Assembly (NCBI RefSeq): GCF_964194025.1
Contig: NC_134476.1
Span: forward strand, 61,752,001-61,816,000
Direction of reading: 5' to 3'
Length of the DNA stretch: 64,000 nt
Source: Convolutriloba macropyga
Lineage: Eukaryota
The notes under the pieces are model-generated. The model saw nothing but the letters and a program-made list of their open reading frames with translations, did no database searches and was not told where the DNA came from. How positions within the stretch are numbered: position 1 is the stretch's first letter; the number at the start of each line of letters is the position of its first letter. Of the stretch, positions 26,441 to 39,780 are shown one piece after another. The position numbers and the translations under genes were made by a program.

Positions 26441-29400
26441 GATCATCAACGTCAATTCATACAATAGACTAATTCAGCTTCTGAAAACTGTACGCATCGC
26501 AGTTTCTAATCAGGTCGCCGATTATTATTTTGCTAGAAATTGGAGCAATTTTGCTGCATTTCTGATCAAAACCAGATTGCTCTGCTGCTGCACATTAGTC
26601 AACTGAAATTAAGTTTCGAGTTCTTAGTTCATCATGAAAACTTCATTACTGAAACATCGCTAAAACTTTAGTGCTGTGCCCCCACTATACACACTATTGA
26701 GAATAGCTGAAGTGTACAAAAAAAACAAATATTTGGTCACTTTCAAATTAGGTGGCTTCCTAGAAATCTGGCCGATTATACACCATTTGTTTCGACCGCG
26801 GTACACGTTTAACGCAGACGTGTTAAAATGTACACGTTTTACAGCAGAAAAAATATTGTAAAATATTGAAAAATATTGAAAAAGAAGAAATTATTGTTAA
26901 ATTCATGAGACAGTCTTAAGAGCAATATCGTCATAATCGTATTTTCAACCATTTAGTCCAAAAATACAATTGGAAGAAGATATTGTAACAATAATGTGAC
27001 CTGAGAGCATCTCTCGTGCCCACTCGAGGAAACTGGTCTTTTGTAAAGATTTTCATCAGAAAATCCTTTTTTGTTTCTTTTACACGGCAACGATGAGAAA
27101 GAATTGACAGAGTAAGCTGAACAATATCAACAGTTGAATATACAAGACTAGCAAATGCTCATTTTGTTCGAAAAACCTGAAACAAATCAGAAAAATAGCA
27201 ACATTTAAGATGTTTTTGCGTTTTAAGCGCGGAAAAGGGGAAAATAAGCTTCTGAACAACGAAAACATCAGTTGATAGATTAACGCAGACACAAACGCAA
27301 AGCTTCCTTTTCAATAACTACCTGCAAAAAAAATCGTTTTCAAACCCTGCCAAATTGATCATTGATCGGTTCAAAGCCGCGCACCATTCTTTATTGATAA
27401 ATTTAAAAACCAAAATTGTTCATCCTAAAACTCTTAATTAATAGGTTTCTTAAAAAGGTTTACTTAAAATTAAGTTAAACGAACATTTTGCAAGCATTCT
27501 ACCTGCGAAAAATCATTTTCAAAAACACGTTTTAACAAAACAGTTTTCCGAAAAAAAAACAAGTTCTACGATTTCGAACTTTTTATCTGCTCTCGAACGA
27601 AGTTTGAAGCAATTATTGTTTAAATGCCTTTTTAATGAAAATTTTTGCTTAACCATTCTAGAACACTGTTCTAAAACACTTTCTAAAAGTGACTTTGAAT
27701 TTTTATTTTGATTTATTGCACGCATAAAAAAATTTCTAAGCCCCACCCCTATAAATTTAAATGCCCCTGCTGTCGTGCGCGAGTTATTTGTTCGACTTTC
27801 GACATTAGTGCGTTTATATTTTAAGTTCATTTTCTTGGTAAAATGTGACAGCCTTGAGTGATTGAATGCGATATTTAGACAAGATATAAAGCATGGATGA
27901 GAATTTTTTGTATAATTGCAATTTTGCTTTGACCTCATGTACCATCACGATGATCCCCATTCTCTTTGTTATAAGAGTCTATTTTCCAAATTAATCATTA
28001 ATGAGATAATAATCGATCCTCAGACTGTTGGGTTGTGATATACTTTTGACTAATTTACAAAAACCTCGTTCGGCAGGAAAACGAGGAAAAGGAAATAAAA
28101 ACGATTAAAAATAATGCATAATGATTCGAAATGGTGAGTGGGAGCGCCACCGATGTGCTCCCATAAGTAACGGTAAAATTAACCGAAAAAAACTTTGAAA
28201 ACATTTAAACATTGAGTACATTTATTACTCATCATTGAACTTCTTTCCTCTCTCACATCCTCCCCAAGTTTGTAATTTGTCAGACTTCCTCGGCAAAACC
28301 ATGTTCAGAAATTTGCAGTGAAATTTGACTGAAGCAGCAAAAACATATGAACTCAAAATCATTTCCTTCCAAAACGTACTATTACATTGATTTAATTATC
28401 AATTCTACTATAGCTCAAACAATACTTTCTCAACGGTTCATATTTGAAATTGTGTGAAGGCTCATTTGAAAAGGGAATCGGATATTTCTTCAGTATAACT
28501 ATTTGACAGCTGCAAAATCTTCAAAACAAAAACATCGATCGAACGTTTTTTCTCTTGATAGACAAAAGCAAAAATTTTCATTAATGCTTACAGCGGCGAA
28601 GATGTCAAATAGAACATAGAGCAAAAAAACCTAAGGAAAAAACTGAGTTATAAATTTCAGAAAGTGACTTAGATTTGCGCTGTAAAGATGATAAGCTAAC
28701 TGAATCCTTGATTCTATTAAGTATCTCATTATAGAGTGTATCAATCCGGATCTTTTGCCATGAAGAGATTGACTAGATGTCTCAGAATACTGACCAATAA
28801 TTTTTGAAATATTAAGGAGAATATAACACACGCTCAAATTGCGGTATATTTTCAGAAAAAGCAATTCATGTCATAAAAATTATTCATGCTACTCTTGTTG
28901 ATCCATCATAAGGTTTTAAATCAATATCACATTTGCAGACGACCTATATGAACAAAAAAAATGTTCTCTCGGAGATTAAGAACGAATCGAAACACGCCCG
29001 AATTATTATTGAACTCACCCAATGAGAGGAGTCTTTTCTGAAGCAATGCCATCCAACAGATGGGGACTTGAGCTCAGTTCAATAATGCGAGGAAACTTAA
29101 AAAACGAGAGTTAAAAGGCTGAGGAAGAGAGGAAGAAACATCAAAGATCGGAGAAAACATTAAGATTGGAAATAAGAAATAATCTGCAAACATTTAAAAT
29201 TTAGATCAAGATAAACCAAGATTATTTAATAATAGAGACCACGCAGATTGCAGTAATTCAAATTTTATATTCAGAAAAAAATCGAAATAAACGATTCCCT
29301 CTCCCGCTAGTATCAAAATGAAATAGGTGTTCATCAGGTCAACTCTTCATTAAAATTGAAGATATGTCTTCATTAAAAGTGATTACTCAAACTTCAACGA

Positions 29401-32137
29401 TTGCAAAATGCTGAGCACTATACTGTTTTCAGCTTGCAAGATGAAAAACTCCACAACACAAATTTGAAAGTAAATTTTTAGGGGCAAGCAATTATTCCAA
29501 AGACCACGAACTTCATTTAAACACCTATAAGTCTGACTAAAATGGCTTCTGCAAACCATACCATGATCGATGGAATTTCCCAGACACAATTCTATTAGAC
29601 AATCAAAAACATTAAGCACTAATTGAGAACTGAAGCAAAAATATAGGACTCATATTTGAATGTCAAAAATCAGGCAAGAAAATGGTTATAGGCATTCAAA
29701 CGATGGAATTCAAATACAACGAAAAATCAGCGCGCTGCGAAAAAAATTAATTCTGCTTTTAAATATTATTCCACCATCTAGTTTAAATTTTGACGGACCA
29801 ATATTTAATGGCATCAGAAAAACTATTATGATTAAAAATGTAGTTAATTGGGGTCTGTTGATCATGCATCAAATTATCATCTGAGCTGTGCCTTCAAAAC
29901 AAGTACTCAGTTTTCCACACAGCATTGAGGAGAGCTCTAATATATCTATACGAAAACAATGAAGGGATTAAAAAAATTCAATCAAATTATTTCAATCTTT
30001 CAATTTTAATAAGCAAACGAACAATAAGTTTTCAAGACTACAGATGTTTATCTTTTCTGTGGAAATCTTCTTTCCATCTCACATCACTGATGTTGAACTC
30101 CTTACCTGCAGTTTTGAGTGTAGCAGCGTTATGGATTTCCAATTCAAACAATCAGACTTGCTTATGAGTTTGATTCATTAAATTTCTCTTATTCTAATTA
30201 CGGGTACTTTCTACTCTTTCACTTCGAAATAATGATGGTTTTCACTGAAAACAGAATTAAAAGTTCTCTTTGTAAACTAAAATTTCAGTGACGAATGAAT
30301 GCCATTTTCCTATTAAAAAAAAGTTTTCTACAAAATGAGCAACATTAAGTATTTTTTGAAAAATGGACAAAAAATCGACCATCGTATTTGGGAGACTCTT
30401 TGTCCCATGTCACTTACTACACAAACAATAAAGGGATTTTGTTGAAGATTCCACAAGATAAAACAAAATAGACAAAAATATAACGATTGGCAGCGTGTAA
30501 TTATTTCGATAACTTCAAAGTTTTGTAAAACTTTGCAGTTTCAGAGAAAAAATCTCGCTGAGTTCAATTTAAAGATTCATCAACTAATAACACAACTAAT
30601 TTGCTCTATGAAAATTCTTATAGCTAATCTCGTTGATTTTGTTCTTTTTTTAATAAATCGTTCGTTTTAACTACAGCGAAAGTTCAAACAATTTAAAATC
30701 AGTCCAAAGAATATCAATTAACCTAAATTAGCATCCGGACAAGAACTGACAAGTGTGTGAAACTAAAAATCATAGTAGTTTAAGGCCTGAACTCCAATCG
30801 AAAAAAAATGTCCTGTGAGCAAAAGTAAAAAAAAATTAAAAAAACTAACATTTTCTCCAAAGAACCAGCGGTGTCAAAATGATCCAGAACAATGTTCACA
30901 CAATAGATTTTAATTTAACGCATTTTTGAAACGCTTGTTTGTTTAGAATAAGTTTGAAAATTAGTGAAGTCCAAGCCTACAAACACGTAAGTACATATTA
31001 ACAACCGAAAATATCATAGCATACAAATTCACAAAGCAGGTAACAGTGCGGACATAATCAATCACAGATTTTGAAAATAAACAGCCAAAATTTTCTAAAA
31101 TTTTATGAAAAGCGATAGCATGAAGGCCAGCAGCTGTTCATTGAAAGGTACCAAACTTCAGCTATACATCATTAGAGCGAAGTTATAACAATTAGTAGCA
31201 CGCAGGACAAAAGAAGAGAAAAAGATGCGAAGATAAAACGAAGCAAAAACAAGAAGTGAAATTGCGGCGCGTGAAAAGTCTCGAAAAACCAAAATTTGTT
31301 TGAACACAAATTTCTCACTCCACTTTAAAAGCAGTGGGAAATTTTATATTGCTGTTAAGTAATTTAAACGTGCTGTGTTAAAACAAAATTTCCCATCAAA
31401 AACCCAAAAGAATCACAATATTTGGTACCTAAGAGAAACCTTCCGTGACTTTTAAGAGACAAGCGTCTGTTCAGCTTTCTTCGATACTTGTGTCATCAAA
31501 TTTCAACTCTTTCTAGCCAAAACTTAGTAAAGAGTTACGCTGCAGGTTATCAGAAAGATGGTGGGAAACTAAAAAACAGAGCAAAAACCAATTAAAATTA
31601 GCTAAAATTTTGAAGCTTAAGAATTCAAAACAGTTTTAATGCCATTAAAATATAACCAACAAATTAACCCAAGCGTACGCTTTGAAAATATAATTGGCCC
31701 ACAAAAGAAAAAATCGAAAAAGACAAGTATTTTCGAAGATTGTGAACAAAAAAAAAGAGCACCAATACAATCCAAATTTTCTCAATTGTAAAGAAAAAAA
31801 AACGAAAACTGCAAAGGTTGCCACAATTTTTGTTGCAGTTTCAAACTAAATTTTATGTACCTAATAAATTGGCACAAAAAGACAATATTGCCTGTACAAG
31901 ATCCCTATGATCAGTGATCAATGTCAATTAAATGTCCATTTGACGAAAGAAAACAGGCAAAGGAACGTGAAAAACTGCCTCTTTTAGCGCTCAAAAACTT
32001 CGGAAACTGACCTTCCATTTCAAATTCAGGCTTTTCAACTATTTTCAGCACCCTTAGTAAAGCAAGTGTTTAAAAAACAGCTTAGGCACTCTAATGCAAC
32101 TTTATGCCACATGGCTTTATCCCGTTCCAAAGGCTCA

Positions 32138-32420
32138 AACATAACCAACAAACGTCGGGAAAATTTCTCTCAAAAGACCGTCGAGCATTCGCCTTCGATG
32201 GAACTACCCTTCAGACCATGGAATTGTCTCCTCGAAATAGTTTTGGTGAATCGCATACTTAAAGACTAGTAAGGTGTAGGGCTCAAAGAACTCAATGCCT
32301 TCCGGGCGTTACCTGTTTATCCCGCTTTTGAAGAGGAAAAGAAAAAAGTAAGACAAAAAATTGCATAAAAAGACCCCATGACTAATATAATTGATGCACA
32401 CATCGTTTGAGATCAAAAAA
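32138..32420 (-). mobile_element. HINE family B copy (subtype shared with 10674-10880 and ~56210-56430)
   Basis: cataaccaacaaacgtcgg-aaaatttctctcaaa ... tcgtttgagatc; shared internal cctgtttatccc block. Confidence 0.6.
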
Positions 32421-32489
32421 AATGGGTGAAAAAATTGAGGGAGCACCAATACAATCCCACTTCTTTCAATTGTAAAAAGACAGCGGCAT

Positions 32490-33150
32490 CGGGAGGGGCC
32501 AGGAGGGGCATCGTCAACATGGGAGAATGGGGCAAGTAACGCGGATAAATCTGTGCAGTGTGGTAATGTAGGACTGATGGTAGTAAGTCCAGCCATTTGG
32601 CTCTCACTACTGGTCTTTCTCATAGGTCAATCACTTTCAAGTCCGTGGTGTTCGTACAGCAGCTTACGCCATGTGGTCCTACTTGACATTTGGGACAGCG
32701 GTTATCAACACAGTCACAGATCCTACTCAAGAGTTTTGCAGAGGGCAGTATCCAAATTTAATGTGCTAATCGGATACGTGCAATTCGTGGCAGCTTTTCT
32801 TCTTGATGAGAGCGCATTTTTGTACTCTTTGCGACTTAATTGCTCTTTATTGTTTATGTGTTGTCTCACGCGCTCCCTATAAGTATCAATTAGTGTCGGT
32901 CTCATGTTCAATAACCAGTTGAAGTGGTTTGAAGTGGTACAGAAATCTCAGCTAAGATTTCTGTAAGAGCTTTAACAGGCAGCATTTAACCCTCACTGTG
33001 TAAGTCGTTGATGCCAGACAATTTTACACCGCAAGTAATTGTGAAGAGCAATGCTTTGTTGTGTTTGCAAGTGGTTCGAGTTTGTATTGCTTATTGTGGA
33101 AGTCCAAATGGGAGCACGGAAGTTCAGGACGCTCCGAATGATAGCTTTAA
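32490..33150 (-). mobile_element. Decayed 3' end of a non-LTR retrotransposon (I/Jockey-group-like)
   Basis: KAIIRSVLNFRAPIWTSTISNTN..LQTQQSIAL..DLHSEG.MLPV and C-terminal CPKCQVGPH..TDLKVIDL.ERPV. Confidence 0.7.
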
Positions 33151-34141
33151 GTTACAGAGTGACATTTAAAACCAAAAATGGTAATTAAAACCAAAGGAAG
33201 AAATAGCCTTTTTACTTCTTTCACTATTAAGGACCCCTTACACCAGCAATCACAGCCGCTGACCCTCATTTTTTTTACGTGTCGCATATGACCCCAACTT
33301 GCTTCTTCGTCCGGGGCAGCGTAATTTTTGAATGAGTAGCCGCAGAATTTCATGTTCGTTTCTGACAAGTCTTTTTATCAAGTTTTTCAAAATTGAATAA
33401 CTCACACACTTCACACGAATTGCTGAATTGCTCGCAATAAACTACCGGGGGTTGGCACCACAAACTCCCAAAGCCTTTTTGGTGAGTTTTTTTAAAGAAA
33501 AAAAAGACAGAACTAAATCTCATTGAGGGTTTTTTAAGATTATGCAGATTACCATTAAAAGAATAATAGGCTAAGATAATTGGTAAACAAGTCATTGACG
33601 TATACAAAATATGTGAGCAGGTAAACAAAAAAAAGTAGAATACAAAAATTTCTAAAAATAATTAAAGTTCAAGTCATGGCATCACTTGGTAAATGATGTG
33701 CAAAACAAAAACCGCATAACTTTTAGCATGCAAAAGTGCTCTAAAGAATTATTTGATAGCCATTGCTGTTGATAATACAAACAGCAATCTCGCTGATTTG
33801 ATTAACTTTTCATTGAAATAAAAGTTTTTTTTTTATCTGCAGCAACTTTTTAACTCCTCTTTTTTGTCAATAATCACTAAGACTCAATAGAGGGATTTTT
33901 CGTTAAAAAATCACATATCAATTGCTAAGTTATTTCAATTAATGAGTGGTTTCCAATTGAAGTTATCAATTTTTTAAATTGATTTATTATAATGGTTTTT
34001 TTTGCGTCTTTTGACAGGCATTTGAGGACAGAAAAAGGCTGAAACAAAATACAGGGATCTTTTGGCATAAATCGAATATGAAATGATTAGTGTTTTCTGT
34101 TCCAATTGATGAGTGATTTCAAAATGAATTTAGCAAATGAT

Positions 34142-34308
34142 ATTATTCATTTCAGTTGATTTAATAATTTTTCTCTGATTACAGGTGCCTATTGAAAAGT
34201 GTCAATTGACAGGTGTATTTTTCTCTGATTATTCATTTCAGTTGATTCAATATTTTTTTTTCTGATTACAGGTGCCTATTGAAAAGTGTCAATTGACAGG
34301 TGTATTTT
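34142..34308. repeat. 86-bp tandem duplication with CAGGTG motifs
   Basis: attattcatttcagttgat at 34142 and 34228. Confidence 0.9.
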
Positions 34309-36091
34309 GACTTTTTACTGAAGAATCGCTATTCATCCTTAGCAATTTTTTACATATTGACACTGTTCTGAATACCTTAAAGTAAAAAATTTTACCACGC
34401 TTGAGGCGATAAAAATATTTCTTTAATCAGTTTGTTTTTACGAAATTGATATATTTCTAGGACTTGTGTCCACTGACAGGTGTCTACTGATTTTTTTACT
34501 GAAAATTTTTAACGGATATTTAGGACAAAGAAAAGGAGTTCGCAGCTCTTCAAAAACACTCAATTCAGAACCATTAAAATAAAATTTGGTAACTTGAGCT
34601 GTAACCAAATTTTGAGGATTAACGAAACTATCTCTTAATAACTACTTGTATAAATTTGCTAAACAAAAATAAAAAAATATATAAAAGAAGGTTTAAATTA
34701 CCAGTTTTGAATTCTATTGAGTTTGTATGAGAAACAAATTAAGCTAATTTTGATATGGTTTAATATTAAGCTTGGAAAGACCTTTTCATGCTCATTTAAA
34801 AAAGCTTTAAACCAATTTTTACGCTCAATGAGTACAGTTTTAAATCACTGACATGCTCAAAAATGCGCATTGAAGTAATCTATTCCGAAATGGTATAATA
34901 TTACAAACCTTCTTTCTTATGCTCAATTAAGGAAGCTACATTTAAAGCGCGCATTAAAGAAGACACAATTGCAGACTACAGATACACTTAATGCGAAAAG
35001 ATACCCAATCTGAGGAAAATTGCACTACAAGACTGGTCACATAATTTCCAACTTGAAAGTGTCTCAATTTCGCACAAACCTAGGAACCACTTGTGCGAAA
35101 TAAGCTGCCAAACTTGACCCTAATGTTGCTCATTTTATGTATCTATTTTCCGAGCGAGTTTTACGAAGGCGGATATTTTACCTGTTTGTTTTTGAGGACG
35201 AAAAGTCAAACGGGTCAGACGAAAAATCGGTCAAGCACAAAATCGCATAAAAACTACCACAGGACTAATATAACTGCTACAACTTCGTTTGAGCGCAATT
35301 AAAAATATGTTCTTTCAATACATTACTCTGTACCCAATCTGCAATTTTACGCGATCGAAAGCAAATGATGGAACCTATAATTCGGCAGACAAACAAGCAT
35401 GTCTCATAACAAAACCACCACTCACCTAACAAGTCTCCATTTATGGTTCCTTGTGCTCAACGGAAAACTTCTACAACCAGAAAAATTAATTTTGGAACTG
35501 CAAACGGATATAAAAGTGATCAATCATATCAGTAATTTATAAATCTTTTAAGAAATTCAAGTAGTGATTTATTTAATAGCAGCAAACCATTTGACAATTT
35601 ACATATGTACATTGAGTTTGATGAAATCAATTAAATTAAATACGGATAACGAGACAAAACAATAATTAAGGAAGAGTGTGTGTGCATCACAAGCTGAGAT
35701 ATACAGGTGTAAATTGACAAGATTAGCAGAGATAGAACACAAAATTGAAATATTAACAACAATAGATGTACAGATGGAAATCTGAGAACAACAAAAAGGG
35801 TTGTTTGGTTAATGATTTCGAAGAAGATATCTAATTAATGAGATCGAGCAAGCTTCATATGTGAGACTTCAGCATTTGTTTAAAATGTTCAGATTGCTGG
35901 TTCACATTTATTTTCCTTGAAAAAATGCGTGACCGGGAATAGAATAATGCTAATATAAGCACACAAAGTAGAGAATAGAAGCAAGAAGGTAGATAACTAA
36001 ACAACACTTTCACTTAGACTGAACCTTGTTCATATTGCGAATACCTATGACTACTGAAGCCGTCTCTATTTTTCTGGAGAGAAGATTGTAT

Positions 36092-37195
36092 TCAGTCAAT
36101 CTTCTTTGCATCTTTAGATTTCACACCCACTTGAGGTTGTTTTGCTTCCAAAATTTCCTCTTTCTGGCTACTCATGACTGGAACAGCTACAATCTTCGGT
36201 TTAGTTGGTTGGAACACTCTTCGTCCAGACTTGATAAAGAATCGGAGGAACATGAGAAAGGTGATAATAATGAATCCTAATTCCACTTTATGGTTGACGG
36301 GATCAACAGCCTTTCTCTTCCATGAGGATGCAGGCATCTCGGTCAGTTCAAAAACCAAATCTTTCAGAGCTTTCACTTTGGGTGTTTGTCCCACTTTTGC
36401 CTCTTTCAGTTTGGCTTGAAAATCAGTTCTTCTATCTAAGGCGCTTTTAATGCTCTCTTTGAGAGAGTTAGCAGTGGTGAACATAGGCCATAACGTGATT
36501 CCAACTCCACTCAATTCTATGGACCTCGCCAAAGCACTCTCCCTCCAGACAACATCAAAACAGACCAGAATTCTCTGATAATGCAAAGCCACCAAGACAT
36601 TGTCAAGTGAACAGGTTCCAACGATAACTCTCACTTTTTCTTCAGTCATAATAGAATGAACGCTCATTGGAGTTACCATGATTTGTTTGCTACTCGCAAA
36701 ATTAGGCAGAGATTTGTTGGTCCAGATAGTCTTTAGCGTGTTGTCCAACGTAAACGAATCGTGAAAAAATTTCCAACCAAACCGGCGCAGAAGGCTTTCC
36801 TCACCCGTGAAATATGCAAAATCTACAGAATCATCACCACTTGGTTTCATGAAGTTGTCAAGTCTGTTGCTTTTCGGCTTTCCCTTCTCGACCAATGGCA
36901 TAAGTCCCATTGGAATGAAGTGCTTCGTCTTTTTGTTATACTCCACAAGTGGAGGTGAAAGAGAACCCACTCTTGGGTACGAAGACCAGAAGTGAGGCAC
37001 ACTTGAATGCGACTTGTTAGTCTGCAAATCGGCATTACATTTGTTTCCAATCGATATTGTCATTCGCACATCCGGGAGGTTCTTGAACAAGACCAGAATG
37101 ACGTCATGAGTCAGGGTCTTGATGAAATCCGGCGCTATCGAGTAGAAGAAGCGAGGTATGAAAGAGTACTGGACTCTAGTAGGGTTCGCAGTTGC
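36092..37195 (-). CDS. UDP-glycosyltransferase-like protein, exon 5 (C-terminal domain, TM helix, KKxx)
   Basis: tatcag|GCA ACT..; 368 open codons; GT-B C-domain-like spacing, TM segment GFIIITFLMFLRFFI, C-terminal AKKID dilysine motif. Confidence 0.8.
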   Translation of the reverse strand, partial: ATANPTRVQYSFIPRFFYSIAPDFIKTLTHDVILVLFKNLPDVRMTISIGNKCNADLQTNKSHSSVPHFWSSYPRVGSLSPPLVEYNKKTKHFIPMGLMPLVEKGKPKSNRLDNFMKPSGDDSVDFAYFTGEESLLRRFGWKFFHDSFTLDNTLKTIWTNKSLPNFASSKQIMVTPMSVHSIMTEEKVRVIVGTCSLDNVLVALHYQRILVCFDVVWRESALARSIELSGVGITLWPMFTTANSLKESIKSALDRRTDFQAKLKEAKVGQTPKVKALKDLVFELTEMPASSWKRKAVDPVNHKVELGFIIITFLMFLRFFIKSGRRVFQPTKPKIVAVPVMSSQKEEILEAKQPQVGVKSKDAKKID

Positions 37196-38173
37196 CTGAT
37201 AAACGAAAGTTAATTACTTTTTTAAAGGATGCTCAATAGTTTCAACATACACTATGGTACCAGAAAGCTACATACACCCGCAGATATTTAAAATGTCAGC
37301 AACTACAAAATAAATCGCATTTTGAGTTCAAATCATACTCTGATTTCTCTAGTAACACTGAATTCTATAGTAACAATTCCTTGGGCTTTCAGCTTTCAAC
37401 GTCTAAGCGAACAAAAAATTTGGATTGTTTTTATACCCGGTACTTACGACATCTGCATCAATTTCGATCCCAACTAACCCCACTTTCTAAATTTTCTCGA
37501 TTTTGTTTTCTCTTCAAAAGCAGGTAGACGCTTTTTGCTATTTGACCCTTTATTTTTATTAATGAGTGTAGTAAAAGAACAAAGCGGTTGAAGCATTTTT
37601 ATGTTTAAACAGAGAAAACGAGAACGAAATCACTCTTTGAGCTTCATAGATTCACGCAACTCATACACACAGAAAACGAATCATGCTTAAAGAACAGAAA
37701 TGATGCCTCACGAAGCTCTCTGATACCATAGTGCAACTACACTGAAGGCTGCCGAATATCGCTATCATTAATATTCTCAATGACCTCCCATAGTTATTGC
37801 AATGATAATACCACACCATTTTCATCAGTTGTTACCAACATGATCTTGTCAATTGAACTCCCACCAAATCTCAGCAATAATAAACAGAAAAGCGAAATGA
37901 AACACCAGATTATTAACAAAGCTTTGATTCAATAGATAATTTAACCAAATCCTACAATAGTTTAATCATTTTTTCTCCAACCAACAACTGGGCTTCCACG
38001 ACATAAGTATCCAATTGCCCGTTTTCATTCCCAATTTCGGCGAGGTAATTAAACGCCCAGAGATAGGCAACATCTTCTTATAGCGATCAATATGTGAATT
38101 AACGTGCTAGATTCGTTTGAACAGGATCAAGACGAGTATATTGAAGAAACACTTTTCTACTGAGTGTGTGTAC

Positions 38174-38315
38174 CTGTGGGAAACCGGAATTGTGCATGAG
38201 TAGGACTGGGATGTCGTGCATCTCTGCGACTGCAGCAGCACATGTGCTGTAAGAGTCAGCCACCACCAACTGAACACTCTCTCGCTCCATCAGACGCTGC
38301 ATAGTCTCTGCCGAC
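38174..38315 (-). CDS. UGT-like protein, exon 4
   Basis: ttaag|G TCG...CCA CAG|gtacac; ETMQRLMERESVQLVVADSYSTCAAAVAEMHDIPVLL resembles the UGT 'M..L...FDLVI.D...CG..VA..L.IP' segment. Confidence 0.78.
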
Positions 38316-38559
38316 CTTAACACCATAATACAATATGCACACCACATACCACACTAAACCAACCAACCAACCATACTGATCACACAAGAGAAATGTAGCT
38401 CAATGAATTCAGATTGGTATCTATTTTATTCTACATAAAAATATAATAAAATGAATAAACTTTCCAAACTGAAAAATATTTGCATCTTTTCAAAACGAGG
38501 AAGAGTTAAGAACACATCATTAGTTTTGGATAAATTAAATTCAACCACTATCAACTGAC

Positions 38560-39095
38560 AAAACATAGCCGGCAGATTGCCCAAAATAGCCGTAATAGAC
38601 GCTATTGGTTTTCCATGGAATTGAAAAAACTGAAGAAATGAGATAGACAGATTGACGACCAGTCCTTCAATAGACCACTAGACTTTTTTGGGTAGATTCC
38701 GACAGCCAATTTTATGAGACACATACGCTCTATAAGGAAAAAGCCCCAATACAGCTTTTTCAAAATTAATAATCAAAATCGAAAACTCATGACTCTTATA
38801 CTCAAGAATTAGGGCATATAGGTTTGGCACTACTTAGATGCACACTATTGATCTTTAACTAGTAAACGTTCAAGCAATGTTCACTCTACTTTAAAATTAG
38901 AGTTAAAAAATTTAACACCGCAAACCAGTCGCTTTTTCGCTCCACTTTCTGTTTCGGCGTCACCAAAAGCATTACTGCAATTTGACTTCAAAAATCATGA
39001 AAAAGCCTGAACAGATCTTAAAAAAAACAGCGCCCCAATAAAATTCAGACTCTTTGAATTGTAATAAAAACCACGCCCAAAAAACCCCTAATAAA
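38560..39095 (-). mobile_element. HINE family A copy containing a family D fragment
   Basis: aaacatagccggcagattgcccaaaatagccg; body matches 14440-14730; D end at 39025-39065. Confidence 0.65.
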
Positions 39096-39474
39096 ACAAT
39101 CCCCAGGAAAAATTCAAAAAATTGTAACTACATACACTATGAACAAATTAGTATGAACATCAGCAAAAACTTCATCAACAGGACATTTTTTCTCAATTTG
39201 CTTTAGAACCTCTGAAAGAGGAACATTTTTCATTTCAAAATGCATATCAGAAGCTTCCTGAAGTAAATTTCAGTCGATTTGCGTAAAAAGGCAGAAAAGT
39301 CGAAATCATAATTTTTCGCAACGAAAATTCTTAAAAAAAATAAAGGTAACAGATTAATCTTAACTCTCCTTTAATAAAAATCCAAAAAATAATCTGAAAA
39401 ACAAAACTGAGCTAAGACCCACAAAACATAGCACAAAAATACCTAGAATATTGGAGGCTGCTAAACAATTGGAA

Positions 39475-39780
39475 AATAAACAGTTAATTTCGGACAACTG
39501 CCCTCAAACGACATGCAGGTTTTGATTACAGCGTGCTGTATTCAAGGGACTAAATTGATGGTACGAGACCTTATTATAGTCCACTTCAAAGATTTAAAAT
39601 CAAGAAGGAAACAAATTTTGATCCGGCACAAGCAAAGCAATTCAGATCACACTTAAATCAACAAGTCAAGCGTAAAAACTCATCTCTAGAGACAAATGGG
39701 TGAGACAAAAAAACGATAAGGCAACAAAAATAAACCAACGGGACCCCCAAAATTGCTACTAACTTCGTTTGAGAGCAATC
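39475..39780 (-). mobile_element. HINE family B copy
   Basis: ATIR tgccctcaaacga (39499) / tcgtttgagagca (39765). Confidence 0.6.

Noticed and set aside
26441-28200. RFX X-box expected for a ciliary gene promoter
   Set aside because: No convincing match near exon 1; only weak half-sites
28250-30200. Coding-like intergenic segment, possibly a decayed element
   Set aside because: No recognisable motif or consistent frame by eye
38316-38353. Upstream tttag acceptor for UGT-like exon 4 (adding CGMWCAYCIMVL)
   Set aside because: Phase 0, incompatible with the phase-2 end of exon 3; the AAG acceptor at 38316 preserves frame
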